This document shows, piece after piece, positions 1 through 9,209 of a stretch of 64,000 nt of DNA. Both the position numbers and the translations under genes were made by a program. How positions within the stretch are numbered: position 1 is the stretch's first letter; every line of letters starts with the position of its first letter. The stretch is from contig JAYREW010000009.1 of the NCBI GenBank assembly GCA_041908685.1, positions 208,783 through 272,782 on the forward strand, read 5' to 3'. The notes below the pieces were generated by a model. It saw only the letters and a program-made list of their open reading frames with translations, was not told the DNA's origin and did not search any database. This stretch comes from Nitrospiraceae bacterium (GTDB lineage: Bacteria > Nitrospirota > Nitrospiria > Nitrospirales > Nitrospiraceae).

Positions 1-491
1 ACGTGCGTCTCCGCCCGTTGCACTGGGGCTGCGGTCGGCAGGGGTGTCGATTGCATGGCCATCGGCTGCGTTGCCGGAACGTCAGGCGGTGGACTCACCG
101 TTTCCACGGTCTGCTGGCGAACCGGCTGTGTCGGCGTGGTCGACGGCGGCATCGGTGCCTGTACCGGTTCCTGCACCTTCGCGAGCGCTGTATTGGGCAC
201 TGGCGTCGGGGTGGGCCGAACGGCAGGTGTTGGCGGAGTTGGCGCTGGTGCCGGTCGATCAGGCGTGATGGGCTGAGCGGCGCGCTCCGTTGATTGCGGG
301 GACAGAGAGGGCTCGGTTACCGCGACATTCCATCGAAAGGGATCCGGTTGCGGCGCGAGTCGTAACGACGCGACCAGCAGCGACGCCATCCAGATGCCGA
401 GCGCATGCAACAGCAGCGAGGCAACCCAGCCGTGCCAATTCCCGCGCCGGTTGCCTGGTTCCGGTCCGAGCCATGGGGCACGTGGGGTCAT
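1..491 (-). CDS. tonB: TonB energy transducer, N-terminal part (gene runs off the left edge)
   Basis: Absent from the ORF track because no stop lies in the window. Hand translation of the minus frame from ATG 491-489 gives MTPRAPWLGPEPGNRRGNWHGWVASLLLHALGIWMASLLVASLRLAPQPDPFRWNVAVTEPSLSPQSTERAAQPITPDRPAPAP. This is a signal-anchor helix with an SxxxH motif followed by a Pro-rich spacer. It lies directly downstream of exbB-exbD on the same strand. Confidence 0.7.
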   Translation of the reverse strand, partial: MTPRAPWLGPEPGNRRGNWHGWVASLLLHALGIWMASLLVASLRLAPQPDPFRWNVAVTEPSLSPQSTERAAQPITPDRPAPAPTPPTPAVRPTPTPVPNTALAKVQEPVQAPMPPSTTPTQPVRQQTVETVSPPPDVPATQPMAMQSTPLPTAAPVQRAETH

Positions 492-523
492 CCGATCGAG
501 TCGATGGTGTGACGACACAGACG

Positions 524-898
524 TCACGAACGTACGACCTCCAGGCTGACCTGGTGAAAGCCCATGCCCCGCACTTCATCGACGACGCCGACGAATTTTT
601 CCAGCAAGGTGACCCGGTCGGCCCGCACGAGCACGAGCGATTCTCGCGGGTGCGCGCTCATTGCGGATTTCAAACCTTCCAACGTCACAGTCTTGTCGTT
701 CAGAAAGAGGTTGCCCTCGGAGGTGAGCGTGATGATCAGCGGGACGTCTTTACGATCGCCGGCTTCCTTGGCCTTCGCCAGGTCGACGGGAATGTGGCCG
801 GTGGTGATGAAGGTGGCCGTGGTCAGGACGATGACCAACAGCACGAGCATCACGTCCACGAGGGGGATGACGTTGATCTGGTTCAGCTCACGATCCAT
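524..898 (-). CDS. exbD: ExbD/TolR biopolymer transport protein
   Basis: 124 aa. N-terminal INVIPLVDVMLVLLVIVL anchor typical of ExbD/TolR. Overlaps exbB by 11 nt. Confidence 0.9.
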   Translation of the reverse strand: MDRELNQINVIPLVDVMLVLLVIVLTTATFITTGHIPVDLAKAKEAGDRKDVPLIITLTSEGNLFLNDKTVTLEGLKSAMSAHPRESLVLVRADRVTLLEKFVGVVDEVRGMGFHQVSLEVVRS

Positions 899-1313
899 GC
901 TGCACCTGATGAAGCGTCAACAGCTCCGACACGCGACGGCGGAGAATGTTGTTCATCACCACGCAGGGAATGGCCACCAACAAGCCGACGGCGGTGGCTT
1001 TCAGCGCCAAACTCAGGCCGACCATGATCGTGCTCACCGCCATTTGCCCCGAGGTTCCCATGGTATGGAACGTCAGCATGATGCCGAGGACCGTGCCGAG
1101 CAGCCCGATATAGGGCGCATTGGCGGCCACGGTGCCGATGACGACGAGGCGCCGCGTGAGATCGATCTCGAAGGTGCGATGATCCGGGTAGGCCCGTGGA
1201 TCAACACGCCGATAGTACAGCCACCGTTCGATCGCAATCGCGACCGACCAGAGGCTCAGGAGAAGGAGCAACCCGATGATGCCGTAATCGACGGCTTCTT
1301 TGAGAAAGGTCAT
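888..1313 (-). CDS. exbB: ExbB/TolQ/MotA-family proton channel
   Basis: 141 aa with three hydrophobic helices. Contains the APYIGLLGTVLGIM motif typical of the MotA/TolQ/ExbB family. Confidence 0.9.
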   Translation of the reverse strand: MTFLKEAVDYGIIGLLLLLSLWSVAIAIERWLYYRRVDPRAYPDHRTFEIDLTRRLVVIGTVAANAPYIGLLGTVLGIMLTFHTMGTSGQMAVSTIMVGLSLALKATAVGLLVAIPCVVMNNILRRRVSELLTLHQVQHGS

Positions 1314-1375
1314 GATGGACTCCCAGGCAAGAGGACCGCGTGAGCGCTACCGATAGCCGAACGTGAAAAGGCCTG

Positions 1376-2602
1376 TCAACCCGCGGTGGATGATGGTGTC
1401 ACGTTCGGAGCATGGGGAGCAAGGGGAGTAAGGGGAGCGGCCGCCGTTCCTGTTGTGGACAGCGTTGCGTCGGGGAAGATAACGGTGTGGGAGGCCGACA
1501 CCGTCACGGCCACATGGGCACCCACCGGGTAGACCGCCGTCGAGGCTTCGCTGCAGTGGAGGAGCCGCCCGGATCGCAGTTTCACACGATAGACATTTTC
1601 CGAGCCGCGAAATTGGCGCGCAACGATGATGGCGTCGCCCGCATCCGAGGGTGTCACACGCACGTCGTCCGGCCGAATCATCACCACGACTGATGTGCCG
1701 GTGGGCAACGATTTCTGATTTGGGAAGGAGCCCAATTCGGTCGTCACGCTCGTCTGGTGCACGACCCCGGGGATAAAGTCCGCGTGCCCGACGAAATCCG
1801 CCACGAACGGGGTGGCCGGCACGTGATAAATCATCTCCGGCGTATCGAGCTGTTCCAGCGCGCCGTTGTTCAGCACGGCGATGCGGTCCGCGATCGCGAA
1901 GGCTTCCTCGTGATCGTGTGTGACCAGAATGGTGGTGGTGTTGGTGCGCTTTAGCAGCGCGTGCAGTTCCTGCCGCATGTGCGCTGCCATATCCGGGTCG
2001 AGGTTGCTGAACGGTTCGTCCAACAACAGGATCACCGGGTTGTGGGCGAGCGCGCGCGCCAGCGCGACGCGTTGCTGCTGGCCGCCAGACAGTTCGTGCG
2101 GGTAGCGGCGCTCCATGCCGGTCAGGCCCGTCAACGCGAGCAGGGCGGTGATGCGCGCGGCGCGCTGATCGGCCTTCATGTGGTGGAGTCCGAAGGCAAT
2201 GTTCTCCGCCACGCGCAAATGTGGAAACAGCGCATATTCCTGAAAGACCATGCCCACGCTGCGCTGTTCGGTCGGAATCTGGAGCTGCGGCGAGGAGACC
2301 AGGCGACCGCCCAAGCGAATGTCGCCGCCCGTCACCGGCTCGAAGCCGGCGATGGCGCGCAGAATTGTCGTCTTCCCGCAGCCGGATGGGCCGAGCAAAC
2401 AGACGATTTCGCCAGCCCGCACGGAAAATGAAATGTGGCGAACGGCGCTGCGGTGCGGCTCGTATGCGCAGCTGATGTTGGTCAACTCAAGGACCACCGG
2501 GTGATCGAGGCGCACGCGTGAGCCGCCCGAGGCCGTCCAGACATCGGATCCGGGAAGGGGCGATGGGTTGCCGCCGGTGATGGATGGGGGCTCTCGCCTC
2601 AT
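1376..2602 (-). CDS. fbpC: Fe3+-type ABC importer ATP-binding protein with C-terminal TOBE-like domain
   Basis: Walker A GPSGCGKTT, signature [15 protein letters not shown], Walker B LLLDEPFSNLD. Start set at ATG 2602 (MRREPP), which forms an ATGA overlap with the permease stop. The 137 codons upstream in the track ORF overlap the permease gene and were discarded. The symbol is by analogy only. Confidence 0.85.
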   Translation of the reverse strand: MRREPPSITGGNPSPLPGSDVWTASGGSRVRLDHPVVLELTNISCAYEPHRSAVRHISFSVRAGEIVCLLGPSGCGKTTILRAIAGFEPVTGGDIRLGGRLVSSPQLQIPTEQRSVGMVFQEYALFPHLRVAENIAFGLHHMKADQRAARITALLALTGLTGMERRYPHELSGGQQQRVALARALAHNPVILLLDEPFSNLDPDMAAHMRQELHALLKRTNTTTILVTHDHEEAFAIADRIAVLNNGALEQLDTPEMIYHVPATPFVADFVGHADFIPGVVHQTSVTTELGSFPNQKSLPTGTSVVVMIRPDDVRVTPSDAGDAIIVARQFRGSENVYRVKLRSGRLLHCSEASTAVYPVGAHVAVTVSASHTVIFPDATLSTTGTAAAPLTPLAPHAPNVTPSSTAG

Positions 2603-4200
2603 TGCGTGGCCTCCTGTGCGCGCCAGTCGCGCGAGACGAGCAGCGCCAAGGCCGGCAGGCTGATGACGACGATCAGCAGCGCCGGCGCGGCCGCCAATTG
2701 ATACAATTCCTCGCTCGCTTCCAGCCACACGCGGACCGCCAACGTGTCGAAGCCGACCGGGCGCAGCAGCAGCGTCGCGGGCAACTCCTTCATGCATTGT
2801 AGAAACATCAAAATCCATGCGCTGAGAAATCCGTTCCAAATCAGCGGAATCGTCACGCGCCGCAACGTGCCCCAGACCGAATAGCCGAGCGTCCTTGCTA
2901 CTTCCTCTACGTTGGGCGTGACTTGTTGGATGGCCGGTTCCAGCGATTGGAGTCCGGCCGGTAGATAGTGCACGACGTAAGCGACGATCAAGAGCGCGGG
3001 CGTGCCGTACCAACCGGGCACAAGCGCCATGGTCAAGACCAACAGGGCCAAAGCGGCGACCGGACCGGGCAGGACATAACCGGCGTAGGTGGCGTGCAAG
3101 CAGAGCTGATTGAGCCAGTTCGGGCGGCGCGTGGCGAGGTAGGCCACCGGCACGCCCAGCAGCACCGCGACCGTCGCGGCTGAGGCGGAGAGCAGCACGG
3201 TGTTCCAGGTGAACTCGAAAAAGCGGCTGTCGAGGATACCGGCGCGAATCGCTTCGACGCTCCAGCCGATCAGCAGCCCGGCGGGGATGCCGAATGAGAG
3301 CAGGAAGATGGTGGCCGCGTAGGCGCCGGCCGCAAGACGGGTGGTGAGCGAGGCGCGCCGCGGCGTCACGGCGCGGAACCGCCCGCCGGTTTGGTAGAAG
3401 CGGCTGCGCTGGCGAAACCAGCGTTCGATGACGAACAGCGCGATGGCGCAGACGACCAGGAGCACACTCAAGATGCTGGCGGCGGCATAGTTGTAGCGGC
3501 CGGTCATCTGCTGATACACGGCGTAGGTCAGCGTTTGATAGCGCAACAGCGACACCGCGCCGAAATCGGACACGACATAGAGCACGACCAGCGAGAGTCC
3601 GGCGAAGATCGCCGGTCGCAGCAGCGGCAGCGTCACGCGTCGAAAGGTCGACAGGGCGTTGACGCCGCAGGCGCGCGCAACTTCCTCATACGAGGCGTTC
3701 GCGCTCAACAAGGCGGTGCGCGTCAGCAGATAGACGAACGGAAAGGTGTCGAGCGCCATGACCATGGTGGCGCCCCAGAGCGATTGCGGCGCGGCGATGT
3801 GGTGGTCGGCGCCGGCAAACGATTGCCACAGCGTATCCAACGGGCCGTTCGTGCCGAAGAGATAGGCGTAGACGTAGGCCAATACGTAGGTGGGCATGGC
3901 GAGCGGGAGAATCAGCGCCCATTCCCAGAGCCGACGACCGGGAAAATCGAGGCGCGTGACGAGCCAGGCGAGCGAGACACCTAGAATCAATGTGAGGATG
4001 CCGACACCGGCGGCCAGCGTGGCGGTGTTCCAGAGCAGTTCCGGGAGGCGCGTGCGCCAGAGTCGGCTCCACAGCGCCGTATCGGCGGTGGCGGCGCGAT
4101 ACACCACGTACAAGAGCGGTAGCGTCAAGCACGACGCAATGCCCATGACGAGCACTTGTAGCGGAGACCAGAGCTGGACGCGCAATGCGGAGGTCGCCAT
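2599..4200 (-). CDS. fbpB: Fe3+ ABC importer permease (duplicated two-domain type)
   Basis: 533 aa, about 12 predicted helices arranged as two MalFG-like halves. Sits between the binding protein and the ATPase. Confidence 0.85.
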   Translation of the reverse strand: MATSALRVQLWSPLQVLVMGIASCLTLPLLYVVYRAATADTALWSRLWRTRLPELLWNTATLAAGVGILTLILGVSLAWLVTRLDFPGRRLWEWALILPLAMPTYVLAYVYAYLFGTNGPLDTLWQSFAGADHHIAAPQSLWGATMVMALDTFPFVYLLTRTALLSANASYEEVARACGVNALSTFRRVTLPLLRPAIFAGLSLVVLYVVSDFGAVSLLRYQTLTYAVYQQMTGRYNYAAASILSVLLVVCAIALFVIERWFRQRSRFYQTGGRFRAVTPRRASLTTRLAAGAYAATIFLLSFGIPAGLLIGWSVEAIRAGILDSRFFEFTWNTVLLSASAATVAVLLGVPVAYLATRRPNWLNQLCLHATYAGYVLPGPVAALALLVLTMALVPGWYGTPALLIVAYVVHYLPAGLQSLEPAIQQVTPNVEEVARTLGYSVWGTLRRVTIPLIWNGFLSAWILMFLQCMKELPATLLLRPVGFDTLAVRVWLEASEELYQLAAAPALLIVVISLPALALLVSRDWRAQEATQ

Positions 4201-4213
4201 GGGGCGGTCGGAC

Positions 4214-5281
4214 TTACCGCAGTCCGGCTTCCTCGATCATGTCCATCGTCGGCTCGCGCAGCTCAGCCAGCTTCGCCAGCGGGACGAGCGCGGCGCGAAA
4301 CGTGTTGCGGGGCGTCAACGCGGGGTCCGCTTTGACTTCGGGATGGAGCGGGTACTCCTTGTTCAAGTCGGCAAAGAGTTTTTGCCCGGCCTGTGCCACC
4401 AAAAATTCGACGAGGAGCTTGGAGCTCTCCAGATGCGGAGTCTGCTTCAAGACGCCGATTCCGGCCACGTTCATGATGGCGCCCATCGCGCCCTCTTGCT
4501 GATCGGGCATCGCAACGGCAATCGGCGCGCTCGGGTCGGTCGCGAGGTGCCGGTAGACGTAGTAATGGTTCACGATGCCGACAGACACTTCACCCTTCGC
4601 AACCGCCTCGACGATCTGCGAGCTCTTGCCGTAGACGCGTGTGCCGGCATTGCTCTTGAGCCCGTTGAGAAAGGTGCGCGTTTGCGCGTCGCCGTGCGTG
4701 GCTTTGATCACCGAGACGCCTGCCTGCAAATACTCACTGCCGGAATTGGGAATCGCGATTTTATCTTTCCACTGAGGCCCGGCCAGGTCGAGGAGCGAGC
4801 TGATGCTCTCCGGCTTCGCCATCTTGGTGTTGTAGACGACGATCCAAAACCGACCGGACAAGCCGATCCAGCTATTGTCCGGCGCGCGGAACTGCGCGGG
4901 AATTGCGCGATCGACTTCGCGCAGGGCGAGCGGCCGCAACAACCCCAGTTCGCGGGCGCGCTCTAAGCTGCCGGCGTCGTTGGTGATCAGCACATCCGCA
5001 GCCGTCTTGGCGCCCTCAACCTGCAGCCGATTGATCAGCTCGGTGGTGCCGGAGGACAGCAGCTCGATGTGCACGCCTGTCTTGGCTTCAAAGTCGTCCA
5101 GGACCGGCTTGATCAGGCGCTCGGCTCGACCCGAATAGACGACCAGCTTCTCCGCCGCGTCGGCAACGGAGGCCAGCGCGGAGACCGTCAGCAGGGCGAG
5201 CAGGCCGGCACAGAGGGTCCGGGCGGCTGTCGTGAAGGGGGATGAAATCGTGGTGTGCATATTTTGAAATTGATTCGTCAT
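4214..5281 (-). CDS. fbpA: Periplasmic Fe3+-binding protein (ABC solute-binding family 1)
   Basis: 355 aa with a signal peptide (LLALLTVSALASVADA). KLVVYSGRAERLIKPVLDDFEAKTGVHIELLSSGTTEL is typical of FbpA/AfuA-type binders. The start could instead be Met8 (5260). Confidence 0.8.
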   Translation of the reverse strand: MTNQFQNMHTTISSPFTTAARTLCAGLLALLTVSALASVADAAEKLVVYSGRAERLIKPVLDDFEAKTGVHIELLSSGTTELINRLQVEGAKTAADVLITNDAGSLERARELGLLRPLALREVDRAIPAQFRAPDNSWIGLSGRFWIVVYNTKMAKPESISSLLDLAGPQWKDKIAIPNSGSEYLQAGVSVIKATHGDAQTRTFLNGLKSNAGTRVYGKSSQIVEAVAKGEVSVGIVNHYYVYRHLATDPSAPIAVAMPDQQEGAMGAIMNVAGIGVLKQTPHLESSKLLVEFLVAQAGQKLFADLNKEYPLHPEVKADPALTPRNTFRAALVPLAKLAELREPTMDMIEEAGLR

Positions 5282-5559
5282 CTCAACACGCTATCAAAAA
5301 GACCGGCGGCGCGTCAATTCCACTGGTGCGTTGCAGCAGTCGTGCTGGCGGAGACGGCTTCAGTGGGCTCTGTGCGGGGCCATGCATCGGAGATGTGGGA
5401 ATGCGGCGGCGTCAGCGGTTGCAGGCGGTTGTTCCCGCTATAGGGGCGGGGTGGGACGGGTCAAGCCGGTGCGGGTGATCTATATGATGCGGGGCGAGTG
5501 AGCTGAGGCTGAACGATCGAGCTGGAGATAGGCTCTCGATCTGTGGGCGGCGACGCGAA

Positions 5560-6009
5560 TCAGTTGCGGCACTTGGAGCAGAGACCGTAGATCTCCAGCT
5601 TGTGCATGGTAATCGTGAAGCCATGGGCGCCGGCGATCTCTTCCTGGTGGCGTTCGATTTCCTCGTGCTCGAATTCGACGATCTTCCCGCAGCCGGTGCA
5701 GATCAAATGATCGTGGTGGCCCTTATGCGACACATTGTCGAACTGGGTCTGTGAGCCGAAATGGCGCGCTTGCGCCAGCCCCACGTCGCACAGCAAATTG
5801 AGCGTGCGATAGATTGTCGCCAAGCCGAGGTGCGGATCCTTCCGCGCGAGCTCGTGATACATCTGCTCGGCGGTGATGTGTTCCTTCTTAAGGAACTCGA
5901 TCAGGATCAGCTCACGCTGGCGCGTCAGCTTCAAATTGTTTTTGGCGAGATGGCTGCGCAGCGCGTCCATCTCTTTGTGCGGCTTGGGCGTCGCGGACCG
6001 GCCTGGCAT
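5560..6009 (-). CDS. fur: Fur-family ferric uptake regulator
   Basis: 149 aa. Winged-helix N-terminal half. HHDHLICTGCGKIVEF and C-terminal CSKC metal-site motifs. Confidence 0.9.
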   Translation of the reverse strand: MPGRSATPKPHKEMDALRSHLAKNNLKLTRQRELILIEFLKKEHITAEQMYHELARKDPHLGLATIYRTLNLLCDVGLAQARHFGSQTQFDNVSHKGHHDHLICTGCGKIVEFEHEEIERHQEEIAGAHGFTITMHKLEIYGLCSKCRN

Positions 6010-6122
6010 AGTGGCGCATTAAAGAACGAAACGCGCGAGTCGGTCAAGAGGGACTGCGGAGACCCGCATGACGCGCGCAGCGGCAGGACGTCGCCGGTCG
6101 TTGAGTGACGAGCGCGGGTGCG

Positions 6123-6152
6123 TTGACCCTCCCGAAATGCCGCGGGTATAGT
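6123..6152 (+). promoter_or_regulatory. Sigma70-type promoter candidate (TTGACC-N18-TATAGT)
   Basis: TTGACC at 6123-6128 and TATAGT at 6147-6152, read directly. It lies about 60 nt upstream of ATG 6214. Confidence 0.5.
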
Positions 6153-6213
6153 GCAGCGCCGCGCGGCGGCCGAATGGCGGGACGCGACGGGAAGACCAGG
6201 AGTACAGATTGCT

Positions 6214-6777
6214 ATGCGACAAGCGCATCATATGACGATCGATCGAGCGCTCCTGCTCTACATTCTGCATTTGATGGAGCCGCACGGGTTGTTGAGCGAT
6301 GTGCGCCTGCAGCAGCTCTGCTTTTTGTGCGAGCTGCAACTGTTCAGCAAGGGATTTCGGACGCTGCACTTCGAGTTTTTCCGTTTTGCCTACGGCGCGT
6401 TCAGTAAGGACTTGGACAATGATCTGCTCTCGCTGCGTCGGAAAGAGAAGGTGGAGAACTTTTCCGTCACCGAGCAGGTGGTCGAGGAAATCGTGCCGGT
6501 GATCACCGCGAGTGCAGATACGCACGAGGCGAACCAAAAAAGCTTGGAGTTGATCCAGGCGGTCGTCGGGACCTATGGGCCGCAGGACACGTCGCAGATC
6601 ACCAAGTCGGTGGAAGCGGTGGAGTTGACGACGCCGGAGCGGCCGGACTTCAAGCTGCGCATCGAAGACATTTCGTTCCACACGATCATGTTGGTGCCGC
6701 ACCGCATCGAGGTCACGCAGGAGTTCACGCTGCTGCCCCGTGACCTCGCCAAGTTGAACAAGCTGATGGGCTACTGA
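6214..6777 (+). CDS. Hypothetical protein, possibly a distant DUF4065/Panacea-like domain
   Basis: Start moved to ATG 6214 because the track start at 6151 lies inside the predicted -10 element. The segment VRLQQLCFLCELQLFSKGFRTLHFEFFRFAYGAFSKDL resembles the kLQKLlY...F.AW.yGPv core of DUF4065. The gene looks lower in GC than its neighbours. Confidence 0.6.
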   Translation: MRQAHHMTIDRALLLYILHLMEPHGLLSDVRLQQLCFLCELQLFSKGFRTLHFEFFRFAYGAFSKDLDNDLLSLRRKEKVENFSVTEQVVEEIVPVITASADTHEANQKSLELIQAVVGTYGPQDTSQITKSVEAVELTTPERPDFKLRIEDISFHTIMLVPHRIEVTQEFTLLPRDLAKLNKLMGY

Positions 6778-6858
6778 TCCGGCAGGTCGAAGGGCGAAGC
6801 GCGCCGACGGTGCGTGCCCGAGGTCGGTGACGTCTCCTGCCCGAGTGCGGACTTCCGG

Positions 6859-8391
6859 TTAGAGCCGATACAGCTCCCCGTATTTCTTCTCCACATAGGT
6901 CAGCCACGGTTCGGGGCTCAGCGGGCCGCCGGTGACGCGTTCGACCAATTTCTCCGCCGTGAACATGCGGCCCCAGTGGTGAATCTTCTGCTGCAGCCAC
7001 TGCCGCAAGACGATCAAACGGCCGCCTTCGATCTCCTGCTCCAGCGTGGGGATTTCAAGCTTCGCCTGATTGTAAAACTGCACCGAGTAGAGATTGCCGA
7101 GCGTGTACGTGGGGAAATACCCGAAGGACCCCATGGACCAGTGGATATCCTGCAACACGCCGTCCGCATCGCGCTCCGGGACGATATTGAGGTAGCGGCG
7201 CATCTTGTCCCGCCAAATCTCCGGCAGGTCGGCCGCGTTGGTGCGGCCCTCGATGAGGTCCTGCTCAATCTCGAAGCGCACCATGATATGGAGGTTGTAG
7301 GTGAGCTCGTCGGCCTCGACGCGGATGAACGACGGCTGCACACGGTTGATGGCCGCGTAGAATTGCTCCAGTGTGACCGACGAGAGCGATTCGGGAAACG
7401 TCCGTTGCATGAGCGGGAAAAAGCACCGCCAAAAAGGCCGCGAGCGGCCGACGGAATTTTCCCAGAGGCGCGACTGGCTCTCATGAATGCCGAGCGAGAT
7501 GGAATCGCCGAGCGGCGTGCCGTAGTGCAGCGGGTTGAGCCCCTGGTCGTAGAGTCCGTGCCCGCCTTCGTGAATGCAGCTGAACAGGCAGGAGGGGAGA
7601 TCGCGCTCGAACACGCGCGTCGTCACGCGCACGTCGGTCGGGTGGAACGACGTGGTGAACGGGTGTGCCGAAATGTCGAGGCGGCCCTGCTCGAAGTTGT
7701 AGCCCATGGCCGTGAGCACGAGCCGGCCGAATTCCACCTGGCGCGTCGCGTCGTAGGAGGCATGGAGAACGTGGTCGTCGATCTGCACGGGGCTGGCCAG
7801 CACGCGCTGCAGCAGCGGCACCAAGCGCGCCTTGAGCTGAGCAAACAGCGGCGTCAAGTGCGCGACCGTCTCCCCCGGCTCATAGAGGTCGAGCAGCGCG
7901 TCGTAGGGCGAGGCGTTGTAGCCTAAGTAGTCGACCTCTTCCTTCTTGAGCGCGAGAATGTTCGTGAGGCTGGGGAGAAACCGCGCGAATTCGTTCTTGG
8001 CGCGCGCTTCCACCCAGATTTGCTGCGCCAACGACGACTCCCGGCCCATGCGCACCACGAAATCGGACGGCAGCTTTTTCGCGTGGTGGTAGTCGCGCCA
8101 CACCTCGCGTAGCAGCGCGCGTCCCGATTCGTCCCAGGCGTCGCCGGGGCGGTCCAACGGCGCGCCGGTTTGCAAGTCCAGCCATTGTCCGAGCAGGCGT
8201 TCCGTCTCCGGCGCCACAAACCGCTCGTGCGCCAATCCTTGCAGCGTGGCGATCTGATCCGCGCGGGCGGTGCCGCCGCCGGCCGGCATGTAGGTTTCCA
8301 TATCCCATGATAAGAGCGACGCGGCGCTATTGATGTGCTGAATTTCCCGTAGACGGGCGACCAACTGGTCCAAGGTAGCGAGAGTTGCCAC
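6859..8391 (-). CDS. M32 carboxypeptidase (carboxypeptidase Taq family)
   Basis: 510 aa. Contains the HEGGHGLY zinc motif plus HESQSRLWEN, DIHWS and GYFPTYTLG motifs. GTG start is preceded by AAGGAGG. Confidence 0.9.
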   Translation of the reverse strand: MATLATLDQLVARLREIQHINSAASLLSWDMETYMPAGGGTARADQIATLQGLAHERFVAPETERLLGQWLDLQTGAPLDRPGDAWDESGRALLREVWRDYHHAKKLPSDFVVRMGRESSLAQQIWVEARAKNEFARFLPSLTNILALKKEEVDYLGYNASPYDALLDLYEPGETVAHLTPLFAQLKARLVPLLQRVLASPVQIDDHVLHASYDATRQVEFGRLVLTAMGYNFEQGRLDISAHPFTTSFHPTDVRVTTRVFERDLPSCLFSCIHEGGHGLYDQGLNPLHYGTPLGDSISLGIHESQSRLWENSVGRSRPFWRCFFPLMQRTFPESLSSVTLEQFYAAINRVQPSFIRVEADELTYNLHIMVRFEIEQDLIEGRTNAADLPEIWRDKMRRYLNIVPERDADGVLQDIHWSMGSFGYFPTYTLGNLYSVQFYNQAKLEIPTLEQEIEGGRLIVLRQWLQQKIHHWGRMFTAEKLVERVTGGPLSPEPWLTYVEKKYGELYRL

Positions 8392-8546
8392 AGACGGCCT
8401 CCTTCGGCATGATGCAGGACGAGACGCCTCATCCTAGGTGAGCGCGCGATGGTTTTCAATTCGCGGCTTTATCCGCGCGTGAGCGTCGGCAGGACCACGC
8501 GGCGCCACGCACACGGTGCATACACACAGCGAGCAGGAGAGACCTG

Positions 8547-9209
8547 ATGGACCATTTTCTCGACCCTTCCATTGAAACGTATGCCGCGCGGCATTCGGCG
8601 CCGGAGTCGGCGCTCTGCCGGGCGCTGCGCGAAGAGACGGAACGAACCATGGAATTGGCCCGCATGGTGACCGGGCCCTACGAGGCCGCGTTTCTCAAGA
8701 CCATGGTGCGGTTGGTGCGCGCTCGGCGCATCTTAGAAATCGGGATGTTTACGGGGTACAGCGCCCTGTCGATGGCGGAGGCGCTGCCGCCGGACGGCGA
8801 GGTGATCACCTGCGAGCTGGACGACGAGCCGATCGCGCTCGCACGGCGCTACTTTGCGCAAAGTCCGCGCGGGCGCTGCATTCAGATCAAGCAGGGACCG
8901 GCGTTGGATACGTTGAAGACGCTGCGCGGGCCCTTCGATGTGATTTTTATCGACGCCGACAAGCAGAACTATCTCGCCTACTATCGTCGCGCGATGGAGT
9001 TGCTGGCGCCGACGGGCGTCATTCTGATCGATAACGTCTTGTGGTCCGGCGATGTGCTCGACGATTCGACGACGGATGCGCGCACACGCGCCATTCAGGA
9101 GCTGAACCGCGTCGTGGCGGCCGATGTGCGCGTGCAGGCCGTGCTGGTGCCGATTCGCGATGGGATTTTTGTGATTACGCCCAAGGCGGCGGAAAGTGCG
9201 GCGACATGA
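8547..9209 (+). CDS. Class I SAM-dependent O-methyltransferase (family 3, caffeoyl-CoA OMT-like)
   Basis: 220 aa. ILEIGMFTGYSAL SAM-binding motif and FDVIFIDADKQNY. Confidence 0.85.
   Translation: MDHFLDPSIETYAARHSAPESALCRALREETERTMELARMVTGPYEAAFLKTMVRLVRARRILEIGMFTGYSALSMAEALPPDGEVITCELDDEPIALARRYFAQSPRGRCIQIKQGPALDTLKTLRGPFDVIFIDADKQNYLAYYRRAMELLAPTGVILIDNVLWSGDVLDDSTTDARTRAIQELNRVVAADVRVQAVLVPIRDGIFVITPKAAESAAT

Noticed and set aside
421-440. Sigma54-like TGGCAC...TTGC string on the minus strand
   Set aside because: The GG-to-GC spacing is 12 nt instead of 10, and the site lies inside the tonB coding sequence.
2603-3013. 137-codon N-terminal extension of the ABC ATPase ORF
   Set aside because: It overlaps the permease gene. 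The ABC domain begins after the internal ATG at 2602, which forms an ATGA junction with the permease stop.
5475-5489. Fur-box candidate GTGATCTATATGATG between fur and fbpA
   Set aside because: Only about 4 of 7 matches per half-site to TGATAAT-N-ATTATCA. That is too weak to call without a PWM score.
6019-6702. 227-aa minus-strand ORF opposite the hypothetical gene
   Set aside because: It is Arg/Leu/Gln-rich with no motif. The plus-strand frame has a promoter, a more protein-like composition and a DUF4065-like core.
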